From positions 1 to 64,000 of IMG/VR virus record IMGVR_UViG_3300035180_001847: a stretch of 64,000 nucleotides of DNA; one strand, given 5' to 3'. The notes beneath the pieces are model-generated. The model saw nothing but the letters and a program-made list of their open reading frames with translations, did not search any database and was not told where the DNA came from. Made by a program: the position numbers and the translations under genes. Numbering within the stretch: position 1 is the first letter of the stretch; every line of letters begins with the position of its first letter. The DNA is from a virus. Below are positions 9,476 to 18,498 of the stretch, in pieces.

Positions 9476-10534
9476 CTACTTTCCGTCCATGTGATTTACA
9501 ATTACATTCAAAGCCTTTTTCATTGTGTTGGCACGATTCCCAATAAACACAGACGATGTATCGTCTTTTTTACTTAAACGTTCATGATTTTCTATCTGTG
9601 TAAATACATTCCAAAGACCCCACATATCAGGCGTAATTGCAATTCCACGAGAGGAATTGTTGAAAAGCTCATATGCCAAATTTCGGTCACGTTCCGCAAT
9701 TTCATTTTTCTTGGCAAGAGCTTCAGCATTACGTTCAATAATTTTCTTGGGAGCATCTTTTGCCTCGGAAAATTCATAAACAGATTCAACAATTGATTTT
9801 AAAACATTCTCCGAATCAACTGGAATTGATTTCATCCGATTGAACAGATTGGAAATTAATTCAGCTTGCCTATCTGCCTTCTGGTCAATATGGCTCATCC
9901 ATTCACCCAAATCATTGAGGATATACGGAGAATTATGCTTGCCATTCCAAACTAAGCCCTCGTCAGTCCCATCGCTTTTTTTGTGCTTTGTTTGATTCAC
10001 AACCATTTGAAACGTATTTGAACACACAGTGCGAATTCCAGAAATGGCAAGCGTAATGGACATTTTTCCATCAAAACCACCAAGAATTGTTCCAAACAAT
10101 GTAACCTTGTCGTCTTTGCCAACAATTACATCCCCCTTCTTCAATTGCCAAGTTACGAACATGCGTTCACCATGATTTAAAAATCCCATTGTTTCAACTG
10201 GCTTCTTCACTTTTTCATCAAATTTCTTTGCAATGTCCTCAGCTTGCACAAGATGATAACTATCCGTACACCAACCAATCGGAATATACTTATCATCTGT
10301 TTTGGTGGGGAGGCGATAAATACGAAAATCGCCAGTCTCGTGCATCTCCCCATCGGGAGATTTTGCAAAATCTTTCCATAATTCAAAAATGGGAACTCCA
10401 TCGTGACCGTCAAACATATTCAATGTTTCCATCGCCGTTTGATCGATTTCATTCCGATACCCCAATGAATGCCATGCCGCACCAGAACGCTTTACGTCGA
10501 CATAAATATTTTTACCTTGAGCATTTACCGACAT
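9476..10534 (-). CDS. DUF932-family phage/plasmid protein
   Basis: AWHSLG N-terminus, ETMGFLNHGERMF, IRTVCSNT, WGLWNVFT. Confidence 0.85.
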   Translation of the reverse strand: MSVNAQGKNIYVDVKRSGAAWHSLGYRNEIDQTAMETLNMFDGHDGVPIFELWKDFAKSPDGEMHETGDFRIYRLPTKTDDKYIPIGWCTDSYHLVQAEDIAKKFDEKVKKPVETMGFLNHGERMFVTWQLKKGDVIVGKDDKVTLFGTILGGFDGKMSITLAISGIRTVCSNTFQMVVNQTKHKKSDGTDEGLVWNGKHNSPYILNDLGEWMSHIDQKADRQAELISNLFNRMKSIPVDSENVLKSIVESVYEFSEAKDAPKKIIERNAEALAKKNEIAERDRNLAYELFNNSSRGIAITPDMWGLWNVFTQIENHERLSKKDDTSSVFIGNRANTMKKALNVIVNHMDGK

Positions 10535-10824
10535 TTTATTCTCCTTTTGAATTTTATTTTCTTTTATCTTTCATCATTATAAAACAAATAATTCTTTTTG
10601 TCAATAGGCAAAATAAAAACCTGTATTCGCATCATAGATGAAATACAGGTTTCATGAACGATTGTTCTATTTAGTTATACATAAACATCCCAATTTCCAA
10701 TATGACAAATTGAACATAAATAACGTTCCGCTCTTTTGTTCAACTTTTCATAAAATTCAAATTCCGTTTCACATTCACAATGAAAACAATAATGTTTCAT
10801 GCCATCTCCAAAATTGATTTCAAA

Positions 10825-11028
10825 CTAAAAACGAATGGTCACATCATAAGAATTTCTACATTGTTGACATTTACGAATTTCAACAATATAGCCATCTTTT
10901 TCCAAAAAATTTAACTTTATATCTACGACAATCTCCCAAACAAGATTGAAGTCCCACCAATAATGCTGGCCTTTTTGTTTAAGATGCGATATCTCGTTTT
11001 GGATTTTTAGAATTGATGAACTTGTCAT
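10825..11028 (-). CDS. Hypothetical protein with CxxC
   Basis: ORF; CQQC. Confidence 0.5.
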   Translation of the reverse strand: MTSSSILKIQNEISHLKQKGQHYWWDFNLVWEIVVDIKLNFLEKDGYIVEIRKCQQCRNSYDVTIRF

Positions 11029-11044
11029 TGTCTATTATTTAATA

Positions 11045-11392
11045 TCAACGTTTCGCACGTTTCATCATGCGATCATATAACTGACGACCATAAAGTTTCT
11101 TCACCACATTGAGAGCAAAGCCAATGTTCTCATCAAAAACATCTCCCTCATGACAACGAACCTGGGTTTTATCGCCGTCGGCCCAAATAACTGTTGTCAC
11201 TGGATTTGAAAATATAATTTGTTTAACATGAGGAATAGTGTTGATAGGAATGCGAAGACATGAATTAGTATGGTAGGGAGGCTGGGAATTTGTTTCGCAA
11301 CCTAAACCTATTAGATTGCTTGTAATATAAATAGATTCATCAAGAATAGATTTGTCAAGCTGAATAGAATTATTTTTTTTAGATGTATTCAT
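11045..11392 (-). CDS. Conserved phage hypothetical protein
   Basis: IIFSNPVTTVIWADGDKTQVRCHEGDVFD pattern common in phage proteins. Confidence 0.65.
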   Translation of the reverse strand: MNTSKKNNSIQLDKSILDESIYITSNLIGLGCETNSQPPYHTNSCLRIPINTIPHVKQIIFSNPVTTVIWADGDKTQVRCHEGDVFDENIGFALNVVKKLYGRQLYDRMMKRAKR

Positions 11393-11979
11393 TTTTATTT
11401 TTACCCATTTCTTTTTTATTTTTATTCATTGTTCTTTTGATTATAATCATATAATATTTGCAAAACTAAATGAAAGTTTTTTTGATTTTGTTGACACCGA
11501 AGTGTATTAAAATATTCATTATCACTTCCTAAATAAAACCCGCTAATTGCGGCAACTATACCACTCGATCTTGAAATCCAGGTCTCGCATTAAACAATAA
11601 ATAAATTCCAACTATCCATAAACATGTTTACAAACCGAACGACGTTATTTGTTTGATATTCTAGTATAATCCAGCAAAAAAATTGACCATTGGCACTAAA
11701 TAATTTCTTTATCCACATCATGAAACTGGAGTCACAGGATATTATGTTTTATTATATTTTTCATGTTGACAATCCCATTAAACGAATCAATAATTTATAT
11801 ATTATATGATAAATTCGCCTTCGTGTGAAAGATTTTTATCTTCCAGAGTTTTGCGGGATACAACTTGGATTGTGTTCATCTTTTCACCCAATGTTTTTGT
11901 ATAATATCATGGTTTTTGTACCCGTCAAGATGCAAAATAAATCATCGGATGGTGAATCATAGTCTATTTTATAAAAAAT

Positions 11980-12441
11980 CTAGATATTTATAACTGGATT
12001 GCCATTTATAGTAAAAACATGACCCTTTGGCGTATCTATTATACCAATTTTGAATCCTTTTACTGGATAAGCAACAATTAAAAATCCATCTTGTATAAAT
12101 GGTTTTGGGCTATGCCAATCATTCATTAATTTTATCAGTTTTTCAAATAATATTTTTTGTCTTTCTTCTTTTTTCTTACCACTGGAAAACGAAAGACAAA
12201 TATTTTCAATTTCTTGTATTTGTTCCAAAGACAATGCAAACCACTCTCCTCTAATATTTTCTTTTTTATATCTAGAATGAAGAAAAAATTCTATTTCTTT
12301 TGCGTCGTTATGTTCAAAAACAAATATTATTTCTAATTCGTAAGGATTTCCAACCATCAATGTTTTTATTCTTTTTTCTATATTATTGGAAAACCCTATT
12401 TTATAGAATTCATTACATTTCATCACATAAACATATGGCAT
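11980..12441 (-). CDS. GIY-YIG / T5orf172 (MUG113)-domain protein
   Basis: YVYVM...YKIGFS...RI..L..GNP...E..LH...GEWF. Confidence 0.85.
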   Translation of the reverse strand: MPYVYVMKCNEFYKIGFSNNIEKRIKTLMVGNPYELEIIFVFEHNDAKEIEFFLHSRYKKENIRGEWFALSLEQIQEIENICLSFSSGKKKEERQKILFEKLIKLMNDWHSPKPFIQDGFLIVAYPVKGFKIGIIDTPKGHVFTINGNPVINI

Positions 12442-12875
12442 TACTTATTATCTCCAGTAGTTTTTTCTAATGTTTTTTCCACCAGTAGATTTATTGGAAT
12501 GCCATCCACCAACAGATTTCCATCTTTAAAACTAAAATCATGCTCATTATCTGTCAAACACCAGTAGATTTTTCCATCTTTATTTGTCATCCAACTTTCG
12601 GGAAAACTCATTTTGATTGCTTTGAAATCTCCAATTATTATCTGAACCGCCAGTAGTTTTGCCAGCAAGAGTGAATCCGAGACTTTTTCTTCTAAAATCA
12701 AGGATTCTTCCTTCGTGTGGGCATCTTTCAATACTTGTAATTTTTTTAATTCTTGTTCCATTGATTTTATTGGGGCTAACCCTTTTTCTTTGTCCATTTT
12801 TCCAGAAGGTATATATCCAGTAGATTTTTCCTGTCTTGAACCATTTTTCATTTTTCTTATCCCATGCTTTCCCAT
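12441..12875 (-). CDS. Hypothetical protein
   Basis: ORF coupled to the GIY-YIG gene; alternative frame 12580..12906 also open. Confidence 0.45.
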   Translation of the reverse strand: MGKHGIRKMKNGSRQEKSTGYIPSGKMDKEKGLAPIKSMEQELKKLQVLKDAHTKEESLILEEKVSDSLLLAKLLAVQIIIGDFKAIKMSFPESWMTNKDGKIYWCLTDNEHDFSFKDGNLLVDGIPINLLVEKTLEKTTGDNK

Positions 12876-13040
12876 AATAAAATTCCACTGAAGAATCGGG
12901 AGGCATTGCGAAAGTATTTATTTCTCCAGTGGATTTTAATGCCTCGTCAGCATCATTTATTCCAGCCAGTAGTTTATCCGGTAGGACTACTTCTACTGGC
13001 TTTATTTCTACCGCCAGTCTCTCATCCTCTTTCCCAGAGA

Positions 13041-14102
13041 CTAGCGATTCTGAAAATTTCCTCCACCGCCATTCTGTTTTTGATTTTTTTCAAAATCTCT
13101 TAATCCAGCAGGTCTAGGACGAGGATTTTGCGGCTGTACCTGTGACTGCGATTGATTTTCCTGTGGAAAATTGCCTTCATCCTCACGATGAGATTCTTGA
13201 CGTGATTGCAAAATAATTTTTTGCTCTGGTTTTTCCGATTCGGTATCATTGGCGGGGAATTGCCGAGATTGCCTAGACCGAATTGATTGAAGTTCTTGGC
13301 GAGAATTATTTTGAATAGATTGTTTCTGATTATTATTTCCACCTTGATTTTGACCGCTAGATTTAACAGGCGCTTTCTTAAATTCGGCGCGAACCTTGTT
13401 TCTCGCCTCTTCCAAAATGGGATTAAGCAATTCGGATGGAAGATGAGAATATTGTGTTTTCAAATCATTTACAGAATTTAATTCTGCTTCAATGCTTTGA
13501 AGTTCCGCCTCAGAACTCTTAATTGCCAAATTAATACTATTCTGCTTTTGAATAACCTTGCCAAGTTCTTGATTATGTTCTCTTTTCATCTTACGAATAT
13601 CATCTGCGCTATGCCATAATTGATACCCAATAAGATGAGCAGCAAACATTATACCAATAATGATAATTGCTACAACATCCCAGCCATCAATACTCGTAGT
13701 GGTTGGCAATAAACTTGTGGTCAAATTAATATTTCCATTAGAAGAAAGTCTTATTAAATTTACAATAAGCAATAAAATCGCTCCACCAGTTGTGAGACCT
13801 GTCATTATATGAGAAATACTTTGTTGACGAACACTGTTCAGTGGACGCTCAGAAACAATATGCCATCCTGCCAAAAATACACCGAATAAAACACCAATAA
13901 ATAAAGCTACTATTAAACCAAAATCTTGAACCGATGAAATGATATTCGCAGTAGTTTCAGTCCCAACCAATAATAAAAACATGATAAAAGCAGGCCATGC
14001 ATGGACATCAATTGCCTTTAAACCATTTTTAAGAGCTTCCCAAATACTTGTCTCATTTGCATTTTTTTGATTTTGATTTGAAGTCAAATTGTTATTCATC
14101 AT
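13041..14102 (-). CDS. Membrane protein (4 TM) with coiled-coil and Q/N-rich tail
   Basis: Hydrophobic segments in N-half; RBS AAGGA. Confidence 0.75.
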   Translation of the reverse strand: MMNNNLTSNQNQKNANETSIWEALKNGLKAIDVHAWPAFIMFLLLVGTETTANIISSVQDFGLIVALFIGVLFGVFLAGWHIVSERPLNSVRQQSISHIMTGLTTGGAILLLIVNLIRLSSNGNINLTTSLLPTTTSIDGWDVVAIIIIGIMFAAHLIGYQLWHSADDIRKMKREHNQELGKVIQKQNSINLAIKSSEAELQSIEAELNSVNDLKTQYSHLPSELLNPILEEARNKVRAEFKKAPVKSSGQNQGGNNNQKQSIQNNSRQELQSIRSRQSRQFPANDTESEKPEQKIILQSRQESHREDEGNFPQENQSQSQVQPQNPRPRPAGLRDFEKNQKQNGGGGNFQNR

Positions 14103-14114
14103 TTATCCTTTTGT

Positions 14115-14486
14115 TTATTTTATAGTTGTGCAATATTGTAATCTAATCCACCCACTGCCAGACCACAATCCCCATTGTTCACCCGCAGAATTTTTAACGA
14201 CACTTTCAATATGTATCTTTTGATTTTTTATCGCCCAAACCTTTATCGTTGAACAAGAACTATTAGCACAAGAACGTGTATTAAGAGCATCAACATTTAC
14301 ATAACAATCAAAAGAATTATTTGTACTCGTAACAATAATTGGAGTAATTGGAATGGTGGGTGAAATTGTTGGGGTTAAAGTTGCCAATAAATTGTTTCCA
14401 TTCAATGTTATGTCGCATCCAAAAACAAATATGGCAAAAAAAATAAAAATGATTACAATAAAAATATTTTTTCTATTCATTTTCAT
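14115..14486 (-). CDS. Exported lipoprotein with SH3-like domain
   Basis: Signal peptide with FGC lipobox-like site, T/P-rich linker, VNVDALNTRS...WG...GWI. Confidence 0.7.
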   Translation of the reverse strand: MKMNRKNIFIVIIFIFFAIFVFGCDITLNGNNLLATLTPTISPTIPITPIIVTSTNNSFDCYVNVDALNTRSCANSSCSTIKVWAIKNQKIHIESVVKNSAGEQWGLWSGSGWIRLQYCTTIK

Positions 14487-14782
14487 CCTTCATAATTATC
14501 ATTCCTCGCGTCATCAATTTCCGTTGAAGCAGTTTTCATACTTTCAATTTCATTAGACATATCTTTATTAATAATCCAAACCATTGATTTACCAACATAT
14601 TTACTTGGCTCAACTTCTATCTTTCCATAAAAATATTTTTTTTCAACATCAAAAGGCGAAACATATATTAGGGTTGGAAAATAATTATATTTATCAATGA
14701 AATATTTTATGGCATCATCAATTTTCTCCTCGAAAGTTTTTTGTTTATCTGTATTAAGAGCATAAAGCATTCCAGTCGTCAT
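14483..14782 (-). CDS. Hypothetical protein
   Basis: RBS GGAG; ATGA overlap. Confidence 0.65.
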   Translation of the reverse strand: MTTGMLYALNTDKQKTFEEKIDDAIKYFIDKYNYFPTLIYVSPFDVEKKYFYGKIEVEPSKYVGKSMVWIINKDMSNEIESMKTASTEIDDARNDNYEG

Positions 14783-14797
14783 TGGTCATTATCTCCA

Positions 14798-15424
14798 TCA
14801 CTCTATTTTTTTATATCCTGCATCATGGATATATTTTGTATAATCTCTTTTATATGCCTTTCTTTTTATCACATCATCGGAAGGAAAGTCGTAAAAATGT
14901 TTTAATAAATGCTTCAAGTGAACATTCTTCCCGCCCATCCTATTTCCAAAATTCATCTCGCCCGATATGAAATCAGCCGTAGTATGCAATGAATCGGCTA
15001 AAACCAAACCCAAATACATTGCCGAGAATTCAACATACAATGGATCAATAAAATAATGCCTAAAAACAACTATAAAAGGAAATCCAAAATACATCAACCG
15101 AATGAATGTTGAAACAAAATAACTATGACTGAGAAATCCACGATGCCCACCAAAACGCTGTATTGCTCTTGCATAAAATGTAGACATTACCAATAAGGGA
15201 ATAAGGATGACTGATTTTATCCAAAATGCCTCATCATCATTGATTCCTATTAAGTCTAAATCATTTGTAATGCCTAAAAAATGTAATCCATATCCCACCA
15301 GGAAAAATAAACCAAAATACCACCATCCTTCAATTGCAAAAAGCAACGCGATAATCACTGCAAATGGAATGAACGATTTCCAAATTTTTCTATGAGTTTT
15401 GCCATCAGGCAGAGTAATCACCAC
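14798..15424 (-). CDS. DUF2227-like putative metal-binding membrane protein
   Basis: PDGKTH, DLD, HRGFLSHS, LH..AD motifs. Confidence 0.7.
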   Translation of the reverse strand: MVITLPDGKTHRKIWKSFIPFAVIIALLFAIEGWWYFGLFFLVGYGLHFLGITNDLDLIGINDDEAFWIKSVILIPLLVMSTFYARAIQRFGGHRGFLSHSYFVSTFIRLMYFGFPFIVVFRHYFIDPLYVEFSAMYLGLVLADSLHTTADFISGEMNFGNRMGGKNVHLKHLLKHFYDFPSDDVIKRKAYKRDYTKYIHDAGYKKIE

Positions 15425-15621
15425 CTTTAAAATATGATAAATTCCACAAAAAACTCTGAATATTCAAGATAAAAACAATTTTTTACATAGGAAAAGATTA
15501 TATACTATTTTATCTATTTTGTCAAGGGCGCAATTTGATTTTACTGATTTTGTCTCTGGCATCAACCATCTTCAATCTCGTAAATTCCAAAAGATAGAAA
15601 TCACTCTTTCCCATCACTTGT

Positions 15622-16377
15622 TTACTGCACGCTTTTGTTAGAATGAGTAAGGGACTTAAGCCTTAAAACCGCCGATTGATTAGAATCACAGCCAATGCAA
15701 GACCTGCCTAACTCATGTGCTACTTTCAGAAATGAGCCACTGTCACAAAAGAAGTCTGCAACAATATCATTTTCATTCGATGAAGCCAGTACAATCCTTT
15801 TCATAATCTCACTTGGTTTCTGTGTGGCGTATCCGTTACGCTCTTTTGACATTGTATTGAAGGTCATTTCCCAAACATCGGACGGGATGCGTCCTGCTGG
15901 AATTGGACTTCCTTTTTGAGAACCATGCAGATATCTCCATTCTGTCATTTTACTCTTGTAGGGAATAAATACAGGATTGAAGGTGTATTTTTCTGACTTT
16001 GAATAAAACAAAATTGTATCGTGCTTTCTGGCAAAGCGTGTTTTTCCACGCCCGCCCATATCGTGATGCCAGATTATTTCATTCACAAAGTTATCATAAC
16101 CAAAAATTTTATCCATTTCAACTTTCACATAGTGAACGGCGTGCCAATCAAGGTGTACATAAATACTACCTGTTGGCTTTAGAAGCCTGTGCATTTCCTT
16201 CAACCGCTCAATCATAAAATCAAGGTAGTGTTGCATTGATTTCCAGCGGTCATCAAAATTTCCATAATCACGCTGTGAGAAGTAAGGCGGGTCAATGTAT
16301 ATTAGGTCAATTGTTTCGCTCGGCAATTCTCGCATGATTACGAGATTATCGCCTTCGTAGATTATAAAGGTACTCAT
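15622..16377 (-). CDS. Beta-class N6/N4 DNA methyltransferase (cassette-like)
   Basis: DPPY, YATQKP, DFFCDSGS (G to D in motif I); C-terminus SNKSVQ runs into attC left half. Confidence 0.85.
   Translation of the reverse strand: MSTFIIYEGDNLVIMRELPSETIDLIYIDPPYFSQRDYGNFDDRWKSMQHYLDFMIERLKEMHRLLKPTGSIYVHLDWHAVHYVKVEMDKIFGYDNFVNEIIWHHDMGGRGKTRFARKHDTILFYSKSEKYTFNPVFIPYKSKMTEWRYLHGSQKGSPIPAGRIPSDVWEMTFNTMSKERNGYATQKPSEIMKRIVLASSNENDIVADFFCDSGSFLKVAHELGRSCIGCDSNQSAVLRLKSLTHSNKSVQ
15625..15643 (-). repeat. attC-like left half-site
   Basis: TTCTAAC-AAAAGC-GTGCAG. Confidence 0.6.
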
Positions 16378-16386
16378 TTTTCAGAA

Positions 16387-16420
16387 GTCCCAACGGTTTA
16401 CCCCACCTGTTTTGTTGGAC
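16387..16420 (-). repeat. Collapsed attC-like site
   Basis: GTCCAAC-AAAA-CAGGTGGG-GTAAACC-GTTGGGA; both cores present, central stem deleted. Confidence 0.6.
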
Positions 16421-17195
16421 ATCGCTCTAATTGCACCAAACGCTCGTTTGTTAAAGCCACATGTTCAGCGGATATATCAATGCCGATATAATGACGGTTG
16501 AGAAGTTTGGCCATTTTCGGGGTAGTGCCCGACCCGCAAAAACAATCAAGGACGGTATCGCCTTCGTTTGACCAAGATAAAATATGATCTTGCGCTAATG
16601 CTTCGGGAAATGTGGCGGGATGTTGAAACGCTATTTTATCTGTTGAGCCTACCATCCAACCACCGCGAATATCCCAAACATTAGTACGCTTTGAGTGAGT
16701 GTTGCCATTTGCCATAAACTCTTTTGTCTTCCCGTTTTTCTTTCTCATGGATGATTTACCAGTTTTTATATATTTATTTTCACGGTCTTTCAAAAGATTT
16801 ATTGACTTCGGCTTTCCTTTGCTAAAAACGAACATATATTCAAAAGCCTGTGTATAGCAATAATTAGAACCCTTCGTTCCGCCTTGTGCGCCCTTATTGT
16901 AAATCATAGTATCGTGGAGATTGAAGCCACATTGCATAAAATAGAGTGCTTGACGGAAAGAAGTGCCGCTCTCCGTTCCCTTTTTTGTTTCATCAGTTAC
17001 AACCCACACCACCACACCGCCCGCCTTTGTGACCCGATACAACTCGCTGGTAATGGTTTTAAAATCGAAAACAAAGCCTTTATAGTCTCTCATGCTATCA
17101 TAGGGTGGAGACGTGATAGTAAGGTCTATGCAATCGGGTGGAAAGGATTGTAAAACTACTGCGCTATCACCTGAGATTATTTTATCAAGTTCCAT
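16398..17195 (-). CDS. Beta-class N4-cytosine/N6-adenine DNA methyltransferase (cassette-like)
   Basis: TSPPY, HPATFP, DCFCGSGTT; likely start MELDK at 17195. Confidence 0.88.
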   Translation of the reverse strand: MELDKIISGDSAVVLQSFPPDCIDLTITSPPYDSMRDYKGFVFDFKTITSELYRVTKAGGVVVWVVTDETKKGTESGTSFRQALYFMQCGFNLHDTMIYNKGAQGGTKGSNYCYTQAFEYMFVFSKGKPKSINLLKDRENKYIKTGKSSMRKKNGKTKEFMANGNTHSKRTNVWDIRGGWMVGSTDKIAFQHPATFPEALAQDHILSWSNEGDTVLDCFCGSGTTPKMAKLLNRHYIGIDISAEHVALTNERLVQLERCPTKQVG

Positions 17196-17214
17196 AATGT
17201 TATTCAAAATTACT

Positions 17215-17433
17215 TCAATCTTCAAACTCGTTGCCCTTGTCGCTTGCACGCTTTGTTGGACAACTGAGTGCGAAAGCAAAGAACCCAAGAGCAATAACCG
17301 AAACAATTGAAAAATAAAGCCAATCACCAGCAGACCACATAAACATATTTTCTGTCAATTTTGCAGCGATGTTTCGAGACACATTGTAAAAAGATGAGCC
17401 GATTGCCAATATGAAAGCCTTACCGTATTCCAT
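17215..17433 (-). CDS. Cassette-like small membrane protein
   Basis: RBS AAGGA; tail runs through attC left half GTCCAAC-AAAGC-GTGCAAGC (17242-17261). Confidence 0.6.
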   Translation of the reverse strand: MEYGKAFILAIGSSFYNVSRNIAAKLTENMFMWSAGDWLYFSIVSVIALGFFAFALSCPTKRASDKGNEFED

Positions 17434-17460
17434 TTACGATTCCTTTCTGTTGGGCATTCC

Positions 17461-17555
17461 GCCCAACGGCTCTCATGTCAGTTGCAAGAACCACTAACCT
17501 TTTTGATTTTCACGGCTCGAATGCCGACTCTTATCTACCGCGCGCGGCGTTAGAC
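17461..17555 (-). repeat. attC-like site (complete, diverged)
   Basis: GTCTAAC-GCCGC-GCGCGGTA...AACTGAC-ATGAGAGCC-GTTGGGC. Confidence 0.65.
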
Positions 17556-17733
17556 CCACACAACACAAAAGGGCGTGAGCCATGCCGCACGACTCGCACG
17601 GGCGATTAGGATTGTTGGCGGATGTATCATCGCCATAACAACCACACGCGGGAAGCATACAATCGGCGTAGGGCGTAACAAGCCAGGTTTTATGACAGAT
17701 AGGGCATGTGCTTTGACCAGCATTTAATGACAT
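17494..17733 (-). CDS. Cys-rich (Zn-binding) cassette-like protein
   Basis: CPIC, CGC, CESC; RBS AAGGAG. Confidence 0.65.
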   Translation of the reverse strand: MSLNAGQSTCPICHKTWLVTPYADCMLPACGCYGDDTSANNPNRPCESCGMAHALLCCVGLTPRAVDKSRHSSRENQKG

Positions 17734-17762
17734 TGCGAAACTCCTTATCTTGCAAGATGGGG

Positions 17763-17853
17763 GGATAACGATTTGCTTCAGTGGCGTGCAACGGATAGCG
17801 CTTGTCCAAAAATTACCTACGCTCGTCCATATCGGGTGAACGCATTGTTAGCC
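17763..17853 (-). repeat. attC-like site (complete)
   Basis: GGCTAAC-AATGC-GTTCACCC...CACTGAA-GCAAATC-GTTATCC. Confidence 0.75.
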
Positions 17854-18032
17854 CGCGCTATTGCTTCCATGAGATTTCCGGCAGAAACGGAAATGCCGTC
17901 TCCATTCAGCGCGTAATCTGTACCAATATAGTTTTTTGATTCATCATAATTATCATAATCATCAACTTTCACACCGTATTTATTAAACAATTCGCCTAGC
18001 TCAACCAAAAACTTAATTTGCTTCTCACTCAT
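17817..18032 (-). CDS. Cassette-like hypothetical protein
   Basis: RBS AAGGAG; ends ANNAFTR (attC read-through). Confidence 0.65.
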   Translation of the reverse strand: MSEKQIKFLVELGELFNKYGVKVDDYDNYDESKNYIGTDYALNGDGISVSAGNLMEAIARANNAFTRYGRA

Positions 18033-18365
18033 GTTTGCAATACTCCTTTGCTATAAGATATTTGTACGTTGAAATCATTTTGTTTTGCATAGTAGCTCCT
18101 AACTATATTTTGAGCGGTGAAATCACAGCTTAAACACCCAATTAATCTTGCTCATCACTCAGCAACCGCGCAATGTTCTGTAACATTGACGTTTTACTGG
18201 TTGATTTTTGCAACATCAAAACCGCAAATAGCACAACGTAAGGCACGCATAATTCTATCTATTCGCGCTTCCCATGTCTAATAGCAATTATTACAAAAAA
18301 CTTTTGGCATATTTACCGTTCTTATTCCAAATATTTTTTCTCTGCATCAATCTTACTTGCAATCT

Positions 18366-18431
18366 ATTATAAACTCTAAACCTTTAAAAGTCAATATGAC
18401 AAATATCACTCATTTTCAATATAAATATCAT
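18366..18431 (-). promoter_or_regulatory. Sigma70-type promoter with dyad operator
   Basis: TTGACT-17-TATAAT; ATGACAAATATCAC at 18396-18409. Confidence 0.7.
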
Positions 18432-18498
18432 TAATCATTTTTTTAATCATTTTTTCCCGTTTATTAAAGTTACACAATGCCGCTGGAAATTTTTCGCA

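Noticed and set aside
11400-11975. Possible degraded gene in the long intergenic gap
   Set aside because: Only short interrupted frames; no family recognisable without a search.
18097-18340. CCTAACTATATTTTGAGCGG as another attC, and a Cys-rich ORF remnant upstream
   Set aside because: Does not fit the consensus and no partner arm identified; remnant has an in-frame stop and no assignable family.
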